A DNA stretch of 64,000 nt from an uncultured Chthonomonadaceae bacterium. Lineage in GTDB: Bacteria; Armatimonadota; Chthonomonadetes; Chthonomonadales; Chthonomonadaceae. Below are positions 62,432 through 64,000 of the stretch, in pieces. The notes under the pieces are model-generated. The model did no database searches. It was not told the origin of the DNA and worked only from the letters and a program-made list of their open reading frames with translations. The position numbers and the translations under genes were made by a program. Within the stretch, counting starts at the first letter, position 1; each line of letters starts with the position of its first letter. The stretch covers positions 384,001-448,000 of the forward strand of contig CAWFQB010000004.1 in assembly GCA_963817895.1 (NCBI GenBank). Reading direction: 5' to 3'.

Positions 62432-62534
62432 GGAGGAGAAAAGGAGAAAAGGAGAAAAGGAGAAAAGGAGAAGAGGAGAAGAGGAGAGGGCGAGAATCTG
62501 TTTCTTCTCTCCTCTTCTCCTTTTCTCCTTTTCT
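62432..62534. repeat. Palindromic octamer repeat (GGAGAAAA/GGAGAAGA units)
   Basis: (ggagaaaa)x4(ggagaaga)x2 ... tctcctcttctccttttctccttttct, between convergent genes. Confidence 0.8.
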
Positions 62535-62540
62535 TTGCAA

Positions 62541-62888
62541 CTACCAGCCTTGCGGCAGTTGAATCCAGTTGCGGGTGACGTAATCGCCCAGAGTGCCGAA
62601 CATCAGCAGGAACCAGACGAAGCCGATGCTGGCCCATACCCATGTCAGGCGCGTGCCGTGTTTCACGCCCATGAAGAACAGCACGACAAGCACCGCTTTG
62701 ACGACGGCGATAATCAGTGCAAGGATGACATTCATCGCCTCGAAAGGCAGTTTCCAGTACGACGCCCAAATGGTAAGCCCCATGAGAAGCATCAGCGCGA
62801 GATAGACGAGGCCGTACTCTTTAATCGGTCGGATGTGATGCGATAGATCGTGCGTGTCTTCGGAATGGTGTTCGGTGTGCGCGGTCAT
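62541..62888 (-). CDS. Cytochrome c oxidase subunit IV (caa3 type)
   Basis: His-rich N-terminus; YLALMLLMGLT, ALIIAVVKAVLVVLFFMGVK; follows subunit III. Confidence 0.88.
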   Translation of the reverse strand: MTAHTEHHSEDTHDLSHHIRPIKEYGLVYLALMLLMGLTIWASYWKLPFEAMNVILALIIAVVKAVLVVLFFMGVKHGTRLTWVWASIGFVWFLLMFGTLGDYVTRNWIQLPQGW

Positions 62889-62890
62889 GT

Positions 62891-63740
62891 TTACGGATGC
62901 CCTCCTACCAGATAGAGGATGGGGAACAGGAATATCCAGACAATATCAACGAAATGCCAGTACAGGCCGGTCATTTCCAGCGTCATGTAGTCTTCTACGT
63001 TGGGATGCCGGAAAAGGTACATTGATCCACAGTATGCCCATCACGAGGATGCCGATAATAATGTGGATGGCGTGAAGCCCCGTCATAATGAAGTACAGGC
63101 AGAAAAACAACTGCTTGCCGTCTTCCGCCAGTCCTTTTTGATTGGTTTCAGCAGTGTTCGCCCCCGTCTCCGAACTTACGGACGAGTTGGGCAAATCACC
63201 GGCGGAGCGGACTATCGGGCCGCGCTCGTGGTACGCGCCGGGGCCTTCGCCAAGCGAAGTGCGCTGACGAGATTCCGCCGATGTTTCATTGGGATTGCTT
63301 TCGGCCCCGACAGATTCGTAGTGGAACGTAGGGCCGGGTATCAGGTGGTGATCCCACTTCTCTTTGTATTCGACGGTCTTTACGCCTAAAAAGATGAACG
63401 CGCCGATCAGGGTAAGTCCCAAAAAGGCAAGCGTTCCGCGGCGACTTGCCAGCATTGCGCAACGCACAGCGAGTACCATTGAGAAACTGCTGCTCAGGAG
63501 AACGACCGTATTGAAGCTGCCCCAAAATGTGTTGAGGTGCTTGTGCGCGTCGTCAAAGTCCGTGACGTGGATAGAGCGATATATCGTCAGCGCAAGGAAC
63601 AACGCGCCGAAAAACATAATCTCGGTGACGAGAAACGTCCACATGCCGACGATATACGCCTCGTTCTGCTGTTCGATGTCCTCGAACTGGTGCGACACAT
63701 GCTGATGCGCGTATTCCTGATGTCTGGCCTCAACACTCAT
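62891..63740 (-). CDS. Cytochrome c oxidase subunit III, frameshift near 63020
   Basis: [52 protein letters not shown] in the next frame. Confidence 0.92.
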
Positions 63741-63785
63741 GTAATCAACTCCGGGCAACCCTGCTATATCGCAAAGGTGTCTGAC

Positions 63786-64000
63786 TTATAGCTCTTCGCT
63801 GCTGCGCCCTTTTTGTGGCGTGTTGTTATTGGTCATGTGTTCGTCGTTGTATGCCTCTTCTTCGACGGCGCCAGACAGACCGGGCATAATCTCGCGGTCA
63901 TGCCGCGCCTGCTCTTCCATCTCCTCATCGTAGGCATACGCTTCAAAGGTGACAATCGGCGTCTCATCGAAGTTGTGCGAGGGCGGCGGGGAGGGGATAC
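63786..64000 (-). CDS. Cytochrome c oxidase subunit I, C-terminal fragment (runs off the window)
   Basis: IPSPPPSHNFDETPIVT...AYAY motif; upstream of subunit III. Confidence 0.8.
   Translation of the reverse strand, partial: IPSPPPSHNFDETPIVTFEAYAYDEEMEEQARHDREIMPGLSGAVEEEAYNDEHMTNNNTPQKGRSSEEL

Overview
Bacterial chromosomal window, GC-rich with several visibly AT-richer patches. The gene style (PEP-CTERM protein, lineage-type orphan families, short-period palindromic intergenic repeats) suggests an Armatimonadota-like organism, but this is inference. Housekeeping genes are hisD, purQ/purS, gatCAB, pepV, tRNA-Thr(CGT), a 1-Cys peroxiredoxin, Dps and cytochrome c oxidase subunits I/III/IV. 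They are mixed with signalling genes, three complete IS elements (IS3, IS5-like, IS1 family; two demonstrably interrupt genes) and several accessory loci. Many genes, including essential gatA/B/C, carry single-base frameshifts that look like sequencing or assembly indels. The two best candidates for undescribed systems are (1) an operon-like cluster of a MoxR-type AAA+ ATPase and an HExxH-metallopeptidase/vWA protein followed by five tandem, diverged ~340-390 aa paralogues of an unrecognised family sharing a near-invariant C-terminal PPxxHERAExLLxLxDWLxxKV motif (48.0-55.9 kb), and (2) an AT-rich MORC-like GHKL ATPase/histidine kinase fusion + receiver + HNH nuclease operon facing an N6-adenine methyltransferase (24.4-29.7 kb). 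All calls are from reading motifs by eye; no searches were run.
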